A stretch of DNA of 64,000 nt from an uncultured Eubacteriales bacterium (GTDB taxonomy: Bacteria > Bacillota > Clostridia > Christensenellales > CAG-138), in NCBI GenBank assembly GCA_902787375.1, contig CADAGD010000004.1, positions 28,018 through 92,017 of the forward strand, given 5' to 3'. Below the pieces are notes generated by a model. The model was given only the letters and a program-made list of their open reading frames with translations. It had not been told where the DNA came from and did no database searches. Made by a program: the position numbers and the translations under genes. Shown here one piece after another: positions 10,508-20,326 of this stretch. Position 1 is the stretch's first letter. Each line of letters starts with the position of its first letter.

Positions 10508-12391
10508 ATGCAAAGCGGAGATAAAAACAAAAACACGGGAAAAAAGCCGAGAACGCCCATCAATTATAAGCTTGTAAGCAGTATAATGAGGGGAACGCGG
10601 AGGTATTTTGTAATATCCGTGCTGGGACTTATTGCGGCGATAATCACGTCGTACATGATACCCATAGTAACGAGCTTCACAATAGACTATGTGCTGCTGC
10701 CATATGCCGAGGAGGGCTATGAGGCGGGGCGCACAATGGTTCCCGAAGCGGTGATGCAATGGATAGAGAGCATAGGCGGACGAGGCTTTTTGCTTGAGCA
10801 TCTCTACATAATGGGAATACTGCTCGTCATAATAACGGCGGTGAACGCGATAAGCACATTCCTGCGCAGAAGCTATGCGGCATATGCCGGAGAGGGAATA
10901 GCCAAGAACATCCGTGATGATCTTTACACGCATCTTGCGAATGTTCCGTATGATTATTTCAAGCATGTTTCGACGGGCGATATAGTACAAAGATGCACCT
11001 CGGATGTTGACGGTGTAAGGAGGTTCATTCAGAACCAGCTTCTTGAGATACTGAGAACCGTGCTGATGGTGATAACGGCGGCAGTCATAATGCTGAGGAT
11101 AGATTCGCTTCTGACGCTCTGGTCGGTCATGCTGATGCCGTTCCTCGCGCTGTCATCCTTCATCTATTTCAGAAAGGTCAAGAGCAGCTTTACCGAAGCC
11201 GATGAGGCTGAGGGTGCGCTTTCCGCCGCCATTCAGGAGAATCTGACGGGCGTAAGGGTCGTCAGGGCATTCGGACAGCAGAAGCGTGAGCTTGATAATT
11301 TCACCGAAAAGAACTCCGATCACAGGAAGAAGAATCTGCGCCTGACATACCTCATGGCATATTACTGGTCGGCTTCGGACGCATTCGGATACCTGCAAAT
11401 AATGATCTCCCTCTGCGTCGGCGCGTACTTTGTGATAACGGGGCGCATATCCGTCGGAGAGATGCTGGTATTCACCTCATATACGGCAATGCTGACATGG
11501 CCAGTGCGCCAGCTCGGAAGGATACTTGCCGATCTGGGCAAAGCATCGGTATCCCTCGGCAGGATAGATGAGATAATGTCGGCTCCGCTTGAGGAGGAGC
11601 CGGGCAAGGCGCTTAGTCCCACAATAACGGGAGAGGTGGAGTTCAGGCATGTCGGTTTCAAATACGCGGACAGCACGGTTCCGGTGCTTTCCGATATAAG
11701 CTTTACGGCGAAGAAGGGAGAGACAATCGCCATACTCGGCTCTACGGGAAGCGGCAAATCGACGCTTGTTCAGCTCATGCAAAGGCTCTACTGCGCGACC
11801 GAGGGTGAGATACTGATAGACGGCGTGAACATAAACGACATTGAGCGGCATCATCTGCGCAAAGGGATAAGCATAGTGCTTCAGGAGCCGTTCCTTTATT
11901 CAAGAACGATTATGGAAAATATCCGAATAGTCGATCCTGATATGCCGGAGGAGGCGGTCTATGAGGCGGCGCGTGTTGCCGCCATACACGACGTCGTCAA
12001 GGAGTTTGAGAAGGGCTATGATACGGTCGTGGGCGAGCGCGGTGTTACGCTTTCGGGCGGACAAAAACAGCGCGTGGCAATCGCGCGTATGCTGACACAG
12101 AACGCGCCCATAATCATACTCGACGATTCGATGTCGGCGGTCGATACCGAAACGGACGCGGCGATCCGCGAAGCATTGTCAGGAAGCAGGGGCAGCCGTA
12201 CAACATTCATAATATCTCACCGCATAACAACTCTGCGTGAGGCGGATAAGATACTCGTGCTTGAACACGGACGCCTTGTTCAGCAGGGGACGCATGATGA
12301 GCTTATGAGGACGGACGGACTTTACAGAAGAATAGCGGATATTCAGAACATGCTCGGCGATGAGCTTATATCGGAAGGAGGTGAAGCCTGA
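10508..12391 (+). CDS. ABC exporter, fused permease/ATPase, heterodimer subunit 1
   Basis: AAAGGAGG RBS plus ATG at 10508 (trimmed from the track start). Six-TM domain, Walker A GSTGSGKST, signature LSGGQKQR, Walker B IIILDD. Confidence 0.9.
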   Translation: MQSGDKNKNTGKKPRTPINYKLVSSIMRGTRRYFVISVLGLIAAIITSYMIPIVTSFTIDYVLLPYAEEGYEAGRTMVPEAVMQWIESIGGRGFLLEHLYIMGILLVIITAVNAISTFLRRSYAAYAGEGIAKNIRDDLYTHLANVPYDYFKHVSTGDIVQRCTSDVDGVRRFIQNQLLEILRTVLMVITAAVIMLRIDSLLTLWSVMLMPFLALSSFIYFRKVKSSFTEADEAEGALSAAIQENLTGVRVVRAFGQQKRELDNFTEKNSDHRKKNLRLTYLMAYYWSASDAFGYLQIMISLCVGAYFVITGRISVGEMLVFTSYTAMLTWPVRQLGRILADLGKASVSLGRIDEIMSAPLEEEPGKALSPTITGEVEFRHVGFKYADSTVPVLSDISFTAKKGETIAILGSTGSGKSTLVQLMQRLYCATEGEILIDGVNINDIERHHLRKGISIVLQEPFLYSRTIMENIRIVDPDMPEEAVYEAARVAAIHDVVKEFEKGYDTVVGERGVTLSGGQKQRVAIARMLTQNAPIIILDDSMSAVDTETDAAIREALSGSRGSRTTFIISHRITTLREADKILVLEHGRLVQQGTHDELMRTDGLYRRIADIQNMLGDELISEGGEA

Positions 12392-14244
12392 TGGAACAGC
12401 TTGAAGTTTCTGCTCTTCAAGAGGAGGAGTTTGATAAAAAGGTTGATTTTAAGCTCTGGAAAAGGCTTGTTAAATACGCTCTGAGATCCAGGGGAACGGT
12501 TGCGTTTACAATACTTGCCAACATATTTGTGGCACTTGTGGATATAGTCTATCCGCTGCTTTCACGCTATGTGATAGACAACATAATACCGTCCGGAAAT
12601 CCCCAAAGCCTTGTACCGTTCGGGTTCGTGTATGCCGGCTTCATACTGATACAGGGGCTCGGAGTAATGGGCTTTATAATGGCTTCGGGAAAGCTTGAAA
12701 CGATGATAGCGTATGACATACGTCAGGACAGCTTCAAACACTTGCAGGAGCTTTCGTTTTCCTATTACGATAAAACGGCGGTCGGCTATATAATGGCGCG
12801 CATGGTTTCGGACGTCGGAAGAATATCCGAGCTTATAGCATGGGGATTGATCGACCTGCTGTGGTCGCTTGCGTATGTCGTCGGAATAATGGTAATGATG
12901 TTCGTAATGAAGTGGCAGCTCGCACTAATAGTGCTTGCGGTAATACCGCCCCTTGCGGTGATATGCGTATACTTCCAGAAGAAGATACTGAGGCACTACC
13001 GTGACGTCAGGAAGCAGAATTCCAAAATAACCGGTGCGCTGAACGAGGGCATAATGGGCGCGGTAACGACCAAGACGCTCGTCCGAGAGGAGCGCAATAC
13101 CGAGGAATTCAAAGCCGAAACGGGAAGAATGCGCAAATCCGCGATCCGAGCGGCGGTGCTTTCCGCAATGTTCACACCGATAGTCATGTGCCTCGGCTCC
13201 GTTGGCACGGGACTTGCGCTGTATGCAGGCGGAATAAGCGTTGTCGGCAAATGGGCGGGCATAGGCGTGATAACCGTCGGAACGCTCAGCACATTCATAT
13301 CGTATTCAACGGGAATATTCGACCCCATACAGCAGCTTGCGGGAATATTTGCGGAGATGCAGAGCGCACAGGCGTCGGCAGAGCGAGTTATCGCGCTCAT
13401 TGATACGCCGCTTGAGATTCGGGACAGCGACGAGGTCATAGCTAAATACGGCGACAGCTTCTTCCCGAAGAGGGAGAACTGGGAGGATATAAGGGGCGAT
13501 ATAGTATTCGACGATGTGAGCTTCGCCTATAAGGAGGGCGAAAAGGTGCTTTCACACTTCAACCTCGACGTCAAGGCGGGGCAGACGATAGCGCTTGTAG
13601 GCGAAACAGGCGCTGGCAAGAGTACGATAGTCAACCTCGTCTGCCGCTTCTATGAGCCGACCGAGGGACGTATACTTATAGACGGAGTGGATTACAGAGA
13701 GCGCAGTCAGCTCTGGCTTCAGGACAGGCTCGGATATGTGCTTCAGCAGCCGCACCTGTTTTCGGGGAACATAATGGAGAATATCCGCTATGGAAGACCG
13801 GACGCCACCGATGAGGAGGTCTATGCCGCGGCAGCTCTCGTTCACGCCGATGAGTTCATAAACAATCTCGACGACGGATATAAGACCGAGGTTGGCGAGG
13901 GCGGAGCAAGGCTCTCCACGGGTCAGAAGCAGCTCATAAGCTTCGCAAGGGTAATACTTGCCAATCCCCGCGTGTTCGTACTCGATGAGGCGACAAGCTC
14001 AATAGACACCGAAACGGAACAGCTCATCCAGAACGCCATAACGAAGGTGCTGGAGAACCGAACCAGCTTCATTGTCGCACACAGGCTTTCAACAATACGC
14101 TCCGCCGACAGGATACTCGTCATAAGGGGCGGAAAAGTGATCGAGTCAGGTACGCACCGCGAGCTGCTTGCGCTCAAGGGCTATTACTATGATCTGTATA
14201 CGACGCAGTTCAGAAAGGACGCGCTGAAGAACGTGCTCGATTGA
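12391..14244 (+). CDS. ABC exporter, fused permease/ATPase, heterodimer subunit 2
   Basis: TGATG-coupled to subunit 1. Walker A GETGAGKST, signature LSTGQKQL, Walker B VFVLDEATS. Confidence 0.92.
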   Translation: MEQLEVSALQEEEFDKKVDFKLWKRLVKYALRSRGTVAFTILANIFVALVDIVYPLLSRYVIDNIIPSGNPQSLVPFGFVYAGFILIQGLGVMGFIMASGKLETMIAYDIRQDSFKHLQELSFSYYDKTAVGYIMARMVSDVGRISELIAWGLIDLLWSLAYVVGIMVMMFVMKWQLALIVLAVIPPLAVICVYFQKKILRHYRDVRKQNSKITGALNEGIMGAVTTKTLVREERNTEEFKAETGRMRKSAIRAAVLSAMFTPIVMCLGSVGTGLALYAGGISVVGKWAGIGVITVGTLSTFISYSTGIFDPIQQLAGIFAEMQSAQASAERVIALIDTPLEIRDSDEVIAKYGDSFFPKRENWEDIRGDIVFDDVSFAYKEGEKVLSHFNLDVKAGQTIALVGETGAGKSTIVNLVCRFYEPTEGRILIDGVDYRERSQLWLQDRLGYVLQQPHLFSGNIMENIRYGRPDATDEEVYAAAALVHADEFINNLDDGYKTEVGEGGARLSTGQKQLISFARVILANPRVFVLDEATSSIDTETEQLIQNAITKVLENRTSFIVAHRLSTIRSADRILVIRGGKVIESGTHRELLALKGYYYDLYTTQFRKDALKNVLD

Positions 14245-14275
14245 TAAAAGCGTGATATTCATTTATACAAAAAAG

Positions 14276-14309
14276 GCTGACGCTTGCTTTTTTCAGGCGT
14301 CAGCTTTTT
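14276..14309. terminator. bidirectional intrinsic terminator
   Basis: GCTGACGC...GCGTCAGC stem flanked by an A-run and a T-run, between convergent genes. Confidence 0.75.
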
Positions 14310-14323
14310 ATGTATTATACCGA

Positions 14324-15040
14324 TTATTTATCCAATGTGCTGAAAAGCGAGGTGTACTCGTTAAGGTCGTATACCCTGAAGCCTCCGAATTCGGAGAAAC
14401 GATCCACTTCACCATTGAGCAATCTGTTTGCAAGCAGCTCGTCATCGACGCTGATGTTTTGAGCAAGCTCGGAAAGAAGCTCCTGACTATTGACATTGTT
14501 GAGCTTTATATCCTTATATTTATCCTCGGTATTGTAGCTGAACAGCATACGATAATCTATAAGATAAGAGTGACCGTCGCTTGCGTTTGCGATATAGAGA
14601 GCGGATATATCGGAGTGAACAAGCGCGTATGCGTTGTCATAATCGGGAGTGTCGTATTTGAGAAGGAATACGAGCAGCCTGTTGCCGTGCGTGTATATGG
14701 GGAATACGGAGGGGGAGGTTGAGCTTCCGAGCTGACAGAAGTTTATGGTATCGGGCAATTCACCCTTGTATACCTTATCAACCTTCGCGCTGTGACATGT
14801 AAACACGTCGTTCTCCGAAAGCCAGCTTTCAATGGTGATCTCACATACTGCGTCGGCTTCCTTGTAATCATCCACAAGCGAGGGGAAGCCGAGAATCTTT
14901 GAATCCGCAGCTATGCCCTGTTTACACTCCCTTTCGGGCGGGAGGGTATAACCGCTTTTTTTGGAGTCGCATCCTAAAAGAAGACATGCCATGCTTAACA
15001 GTATGACAGCAACAGGTAATAATTTAGTGACGTTTTTCAT
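14324..15040 (-). CDS. putative lipoprotein, function unknown
   Basis: AAGGAG RBS plus ATG at 15040. Signal peptide with lipobox LLLG|C. Confidence 0.7.
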   Translation of the reverse strand: MKNVTKLLPVAVILLSMACLLLGCDSKKSGYTLPPERECKQGIAADSKILGFPSLVDDYKEADAVCEITIESWLSENDVFTCHSAKVDKVYKGELPDTINFCQLGSSTSPSVFPIYTHGNRLLVFLLKYDTPDYDNAYALVHSDISALYIANASDGHSYLIDYRMLFSYNTEDKYKDIKLNNVNSQELLSELAQNISVDDELLANRLLNGEVDRFSEFGGFRVYDLNEYTSLFSTLDK

Positions 15041-15297
15041 TTTTCTCTCCTTTTTATACAATATTTGGCGTTTACGCCTCTAACTTATATAATACCAAGT
15101 TGCGTGTGATTTGTCAACGAGAAAACCATGCTTTTAAAAAAAGTAAAAAACCACTTTTAATGAAATCATCCCTTTTTATAAAACTCAAGAACAATATACA
15201 AAAGCCGAAACTTTAAGGGTTTGACTGCCGCCGAAAAATGCTATATAATATTGTTGGTCTAATGACGATACCACCCCTATGAGGAAAGGAGTTAATT

Positions 15298-16230
15298 GTG
15301 AAAAAGAGGTTTTTTGCGATAACGGCGATAATTATATGTGTGCTTATGCTGACGATCAGCATGAGTGCGCTTGCCGATTTCGGCGGATTCAGCGGTGATT
15401 CGGACTATGGCGGGGACTGGGGCGGAAGCTCGGATTCCGATTGGGGTTCAAGCGGAAGCAGCTCCGGCGGTGGATTCTGGATATTTGACGGCGGCTCGGA
15501 CAGCGATTACAGGGATGGGAACCTGTCGTCCGGGGATGTTATAATAGTTATAATAATCGTTGCGGTTATACTTTTCTATATCTGGAGAAAGAACAAGGGT
15601 CAGCAGCAACAGCAGACGCCGGTCGTTACGACCGTACAGCGCACCGATGATGAGCTTCTGAGCTCCATTGACGAATACACGAAGATAGACGAGGGCTTCA
15701 ATGCCGCAAGGCTTCAGACCAAGCTCGGCAATCTCTATGTGCAGATGCAGAACTGCTGGACGGCAAGGGATATAACCTCCCTGCGTCCTTACCTGACCGA
15801 CGAGCTTTACAGCCAGACCGAAAGACAGCTTGACAGCTACGTTAAAGGAGGGCAGACGCCCCATGTTGACAACATAGCTGTGCTGGGAGTAAATCTCCGC
15901 GGATTCTACCAAATGGAGTGCATGGATCATATCATAGTGGAGCTCAGCTCGCGTATCACCACATATACAACGGACGACGCCACGGGCGCGGTCGTTAAGG
16001 GCAGCCGTGACAGGGAAAAGTTTATGACGTATGAATGGGACCTCTGCCGCACTTCGGGAATTACGACGGCGGGAGAGGACGAGTTCAAGACGGTAAACTG
16101 CCCCAACTGCGGTGCGCCTCTTAGCATCAATAAGAGCGCGAAATGCCCCTACTGCGAATCCGTCATAACCCTCGACGAGCATGATTGGCTCCTGTTCTCG
16201 ATAAAGGGCTTGAGCCAGAGGACACAGTAA
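15298..16230 (+). CDS. membrane protein with Tim44-like domain and C-terminal zinc ribbon
   Basis: GTG start with GGAG RBS. Signal/TM segment, Gly/Ser/Asp-rich stretch, second TM, Tim44-like core (recall-based), CPNCGAP...CPYC. Confidence 0.7.
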   Translation: MKKRFFAITAIIICVLMLTISMSALADFGGFSGDSDYGGDWGGSSDSDWGSSGSSSGGGFWIFDGGSDSDYRDGNLSSGDVIIVIIIVAVILFYIWRKNKGQQQQQTPVVTTVQRTDDELLSSIDEYTKIDEGFNAARLQTKLGNLYVQMQNCWTARDITSLRPYLTDELYSQTERQLDSYVKGGQTPHVDNIAVLGVNLRGFYQMECMDHIIVELSSRITTYTTDDATGAVVKGSRDREKFMTYEWDLCRTSGITTAGEDEFKTVNCPNCGAPLSINKSAKCPYCESVITLDEHDWLLFSIKGLSQRTQ

Positions 16231-16241
16231 TACAAAAGCCA

Positions 16242-16283
16242 AAGCAGGCATGATATGGCTGAAAGCTCATACCGTGCCTGCTT
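16242..16283. terminator. stem-loop between convergent genes
   Basis: AAGCAGGCA...TGCCTGCTT 9-bp stem. Confidence 0.5.
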
Positions 16284-16295
16284 CTTTACATTTAT

Positions 16296-16604
16296 TTACT
16301 CGGCGTATTCCTGCGGACAGCCGTCGAATACCACCTTAATCGTTCCAACATCCTCAGGTGCAGGACTTGCCGCCTGCTGCTTTATAAGCTCAAAGACAAG
16401 CTTTGCCGCCGATATTCGGTCGGTCGCTTTTACGCTCTCGTCCGTCAATACCTGCTCAAGGCTGTCCAATGCCGTTTGCGCAAGCCTCCTGAGCCTTCGG
16501 TTGATGCCGACCGTTCCGGCTTTGCGATTGCCCGATGTCGGCTCATTTATGCTCGGTTGTTCTATTATATCATCTCCTTTGCTTATATTCTGTTGAGCGT
16601 GCAT
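16296..16604 (-). CDS. hypothetical protein (102 aa)
   Basis: ORF only. Its helical, basic N-half vaguely resembles small phage DNA-binding proteins; this is not supported further. Confidence 0.45.
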   Translation of the reverse strand: MHAQQNISKGDDIIEQPSINEPTSGNRKAGTVGINRRLRRLAQTALDSLEQVLTDESVKATDRISAAKLVFELIKQQAASPAPEDVGTIKVVFDGCPQEYAE

Positions 16605-16768
16605 GGGTTTTTTACCCTCCCATAACTATATTATAACACATTTATTCCGATAAATCAAATTGCGATTTTACACTGATTTTGCGGAATGAGCTTGACATGT
16701 TATATGATATTTGATATAGTTTGTTTGTGGCAGTCATATACTTTTTACAATACTAAGGAGGTATTACT

Positions 16769-17350
16769 ATGAGAATGGTTCGTGTCATTAAAAGCGGCAC
16801 GCTTACCGCGGCTTTTCTTGCCGTGCTGCTCACCGTGTTTGCCTGCACGGGAGTGGGCTTCAGGCTTGTTTCGTCATATGAGGAAATCCAACGCAGATTC
16901 AGTATCGACGCGAAGCCCGGAGTGGTCTATCCCGATCTGACGCCGCTTAATTTTGAAAAGTCAAGCGTCGAGTATATGTTTTGGCCGGTTTCGCAGACCG
17001 ATAACAATTCCTCGGCTAAAGAATATACTATAAGCGGCAGCAGCATCCTCGGCGGGAAAAAAGTCATATGCACATTCAGTTGCAGCAAGAACTTGCTCGA
17101 TTGCGCGAATATACATGACCCCATAATCTATAACGGCGTTGAGGTAGGGGAGTTTATTGAAGAATTTAACGGTCACTATAGTGATGGCTATGGCGTATAT
17201 ATAAACGATTGCGAGTATGAGGTATCTACATTGCTGGAGAAGGACAAGAGGCTTTCGGAAAGTGAGGTCGAGAAGATTCGTTCCGAGATTCGTGATGTTT
17301 TGTACTCGTTTATTTGCGGCATAGTCGATGAGGCACAGGGACAATCATAA
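16769..17350 (+). CDS. membrane-anchored hypothetical protein
   Basis: AAGGAGG RBS, N-terminal signal/TM segment, TTGACA-N17-TATAGT promoter at about 16697-16725, stem-loop after the stop. Confidence 0.6.
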   Translation: MRMVRVIKSGTLTAAFLAVLLTVFACTGVGFRLVSSYEEIQRRFSIDAKPGVVYPDLTPLNFEKSSVEYMFWPVSQTDNNSSAKEYTISGSSILGGKKVICTFSCSKNLLDCANIHDPIIYNGVEVGEFIEEFNGHYSDGYGVYINDCEYEVSTLLEKDKRLSESEVEKIRSEIRDVLYSFICGIVDEAQGQS

Positions 17351-17533
17351 AGCAAATCTTTCGATAATCAAACAATCGAATTGCAGAGGCGAAAGGCTTG
17401 TTCACAGCGTATAGCTGAGGACAAGCCCTTTTATTATCATATCCATCTATTATTGTCAGTCAACACAAAAACACGTTAAGGCACATTTTTAGCACTTTAT
17501 GCCCATTAAAAACTAATTTACGACAAAGAAAAA

Positions 17534-17549
17534 CAGAACTAACGTTCTC
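17534..17549. promoter_or_regulatory. LexA (SOS/Cheo) box 1
   Basis: AGAACTAACGTTCT is a perfect GAAC-N4-GTTC palindrome abutting the -35 element. Confidence 0.7.
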
Positions 17550-17556
17550 AAAATCG

Positions 17557-17586
17557 TTGACAACAGAACGAATGTTTTGGTATAAT
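17557..17586 (+). promoter_or_regulatory. sigma-A type promoter with an embedded second LexA-like box
   Basis: TTGACA-N18-TATAAT. The spacer contains GAACGAATGTTT (17566-17577), one mismatch from GAAC-N4-GTTC. Confidence 0.65.
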
Positions 17587-17658
17587 AAATATGCGGGATA
17601 AAAACCTGCCGAAAAAAATAAGTCAACGCTTCAAAAAAACATCAGGGAGGGCAATCAA

Positions 17659-17889
17659 ATGGAAAAAGAAAACGAACGCCTCACCCGGACGGTACTGGCG
17701 GGGAAACCCGCCGACCGTCCATGGGAGGGGTGCATAAACTCCGTGGTATACCGCGTACCGAGGGGCGTACCTGTTGAGCTGCCGGAGTTTATTGCGGAGC
17801 ATATAAGAAGGACGGAGGCTGAGCGGGAGCAGGCAGAGAGGAGGGCGGAGCAGTATTCAAAGGCGGCAAGCAGGCTCATGAGGGATTGA
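17659..17889 (+). CDS. hypothetical protein (76 aa), first gene of the SOS-box cassette
   Basis: GGGAGGG RBS. Arg/Glu-rich helical C-terminus. Confidence 0.6.
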   Translation: MEKENERLTRTVLAGKPADRPWEGCINSVVYRVPRGVPVELPEFIAEHIRRTEAEREQAERRAEQYSKAASRLMRD

Positions 17890-17934
17890 CGGGCGCGGGA
17901 GGCGTGACACGCTGAATGTATAAGGAGGATTTTA

Positions 17935-18471
17935 ATGACGCTTAATGACATTATAGTATCGGCGCTTGCCCAGCTTGACAGGGGGCATGACGCGCAGACG
18001 ATGGACACATTCAGGGCAAGGCTTACGGACTTTGCCAATGACGCGCAATCGGATATAGCGCGCGCCATAAGCTTTACAAGGACGGATACCGTTCAGCCTT
18101 CCAATGGAATTGTGGAGCTTACACAGCTTGAAAGGGATTGCATAAAGGTGACAAAGACCATGCAATTAGGTCACGAGGTCAAATTCATGCGCGGGGACAC
18201 GGGAGTTATCGCGCTTCCGTATAACTCATCCGCAGAGATAACATACATATGTGAGCCTAAGCCGCTCGTTGCGTCAACGGATGTCAGCGAGCTTCCGGCA
18301 TATACGCACGGACTTATAGTCAGCTATGTTGTCGGAAGGGAACGAATGTCCGGCGACACATCCACTCAGAGGGGAGCCAACATATACCTTTCAATGTACG
18401 AGGCTGCAAAAAACAAGCTCCGTCCGCACTATGGCGATTCGGAAAGCTACAGGATACAGAACAGGTACTGA
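17935..18471 (+). CDS. phage virion-associated protein-like (178 aa), possible head-tail/tail accessory factor
   Basis: AAGGAGG RBS. Tight spacing with neighbours. Size and position resemble small podovirus adaptor proteins (recall-based, weak). Confidence 0.6.
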   Translation: MTLNDIIVSALAQLDRGHDAQTMDTFRARLTDFANDAQSDIARAISFTRTDTVQPSNGIVELTQLERDCIKVTKTMQLGHEVKFMRGDTGVIALPYNSSAEITYICEPKPLVASTDVSELPAYTHGLIVSYVVGRERMSGDTSTQRGANIYLSMYEAAKNKLRPHYGDSESYRIQNRY

Positions 18472-18480
18472 GGAGAAAAT

Positions 18481-19908
18481 ATGGCAAGCTATACTTACAG
18501 AATCGAGGGCTTTGCCGGCATCGACCAGTCGAGGGACGAGAGCTACATATCCCCGTCATACTCGCCCGATGCGATGAACATGGATACCTCGGACGGCAAT
18601 CTGGCTGTATGCAAGGGCTTTACGAAGCTGCTGCCCGCTCCCGTGCCTGCGGAAAGCACGAGCGGAATAGACTGCGTTTGCTTCTTCAGGGACGCCTCAA
18701 GGGACATCCCGATGGCAATTTCGGGAGGCTATATTTACACATATGATGAAGAGGATGAGGAGTGGACGCAGGCATATGAATACTCCCTCGTGCTTGCCAC
18801 AAGGCATTACTCGGTGCTTATGACTAGGATTGGCACGACGGATACCATGCTGATAGCCGACGGAGCGAATCAAATACTCAAATTTGACGGAACCGACTTT
18901 TCGGCGTTCGGCTCCTCCGAGGGATGCTCCGACATAGCGGTGAGCTGCATCGCCATGTACCGAGGCAGGCTTTTTGCGGCGGGAGATTATCAGAACCCGA
19001 ACAGACTGTATTATTCCAAGCTCCCCGGAGGGGACAGAACAATAGAGGATTGGGGCTATGACGCCGACTCGCCCGCCGTCGAGGGCGGACATGTGGAGAT
19101 AGGAACCACGAGCGGCGATCCGATAACCGCGATATGCGCCATGAGCAATCAGCTTCTCATATTCAAAAAGAACTCGATTTACAGGCTCATAGGCGACAGA
19201 CCGGGCAATTTCACGATTGAGCTGATAGTTAGCGACTCCACGTTTGTCACCGATACCGCAACGGCTGTATACCGCGACGTCATCTACTATGTGACGGAGG
19301 GGGGACTGCATTGCTTCAACGGCGTTGACGCGGCTCCGATGCCGGATGCCCGCCTCATCAAGCGCATAATGGATGGCGCGGACACAAGCGATACCCGCGT
19401 CGCGGTAGTGGGGGACAGGCTCTATTTCACGATCAAGAAGGACGATTATACAAGGCTCATCGAGTATGACCTCAAGACAAGGCATTATATGCAGTACGGA
19501 GGCTTCAAGCTTTACGATATAAACAGCCTTGACGGAAAGCTGATCATCACCACCGACAGCAGGTATCTTGAAAAATGGGGCGAGGGAAACAGCTTCGACG
19601 GTCAGCCCATAGAGGCTTACTGGACTACACCGCTGACCGACCTCGGAGAAAAATCCGCAGTCAAATCCATGCGCGAGCTGTTCCTGCGAGGCAGAGCCGA
19701 TTCGCCGCTCATAGTCGATATGAATGTGGGCGGCAAGCGCGATACATACCGCGTACTGCTTCCCGAAACCCTTGACGACGTGCTTGAGGTTCCGCTTAAA
19801 AATGAGGGGCGAACCATGAATCTCAAAATCAGCAATGAGAACGGCGGCGGGTTCAGCATTGTCGGAGGAATGGAGATAGAGATGAACGTCAGGCGCAGAA
19901 CCCGCTGA
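18481..19908 (+). CDS. phage structural protein-like (475 aa), beta-propeller-like repeats
   Basis: Follows the 178-aa ORF after a 9-nt gap. Recurrent G-x-L-Y/F strand motifs (GRLFAAGD, IYRLIGD, GGLHCFNG, DRLYFTI). Size resembles the P22 gp10-type stabilisation protein (recall-based). Confidence 0.65.
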   Translation: MASYTYRIEGFAGIDQSRDESYISPSYSPDAMNMDTSDGNLAVCKGFTKLLPAPVPAESTSGIDCVCFFRDASRDIPMAISGGYIYTYDEEDEEWTQAYEYSLVLATRHYSVLMTRIGTTDTMLIADGANQILKFDGTDFSAFGSSEGCSDIAVSCIAMYRGRLFAAGDYQNPNRLYYSKLPGGDRTIEDWGYDADSPAVEGGHVEIGTTSGDPITAICAMSNQLLIFKKNSIYRLIGDRPGNFTIELIVSDSTFVTDTATAVYRDVIYYVTEGGLHCFNGVDAAPMPDARLIKRIMDGADTSDTRVAVVGDRLYFTIKKDDYTRLIEYDLKTRHYMQYGGFKLYDINSLDGKLIITTDSRYLEKWGEGNSFDGQPIEAYWTTPLTDLGEKSAVKSMRELFLRGRADSPLIVDMNVGGKRDTYRVLLPETLDDVLEVPLKNEGRTMNLKISNENGGGFSIVGGMEIEMNVRRRTR

Positions 19909-20326
19909 GCCGCATTTTGGAGAAGCGATTAACTCAGTTAAGCTCCAAAGTGATAAATCTGCGACCAAAGGGAGCCACGTGGGCGTGGAGTGTTAAGGAA
20001 TCGCAACGGTGTTGCGATTTTAACGGAACGCCGAAGCTGCTGTGCAGAGAGGGAAGCGTACGCGCCGCACCGAACTTGGTTAAGCAATTACTCAATGCAA
20101 CCCTCAGGGCGAACCCAGTCGCCCGTTATCAACCTTTTTGACCTTTCACCGGATGGTCAAAATCGTGAAACGACCGGTTGATAACCTCCTGCGAGAAATA
20201 TCCGTATAATTATTGAAGAAAGGCATAGCAGAACAGTTGAGATTGATTGAAATCTATACGCTTCTAATTTGGCAGTTGCCAAAAGCGTTAATTGATCATT
20301 GTATACTTTTGAGGAGGTATTGAGCT
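19909..20326 (+). ncRNA. candidate structured non-coding region (class unknown)
   Basis: 418 nt with no convincing ORF and at least five perfect hairpins (see findings). Strand assignment is tentative. Confidence 0.3.

Noticed and set aside
10202-10990. 262-aa minus-strand ORF spanning the groES-ABC intergenic region
   Set aside because: It runs through the CIRCE/promoter region and antisense to the ABC transporter N-terminus. The Tyr/Arg/His-rich product is implausible.
15448-16251. 267-aa minus-strand ORF
   Set aside because: It is antisense to the Tim44-like/zinc-ribbon gene, which has a good RBS and a signal/TM organisation.
18697-19968. 423-aa minus-strand ORF
   Set aside because: It is antisense to the 475-aa ORF, which has an RBS, tight operon spacing and plausible globular composition. 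The antisense product is Arg/His/Cys-rich junk-like sequence.
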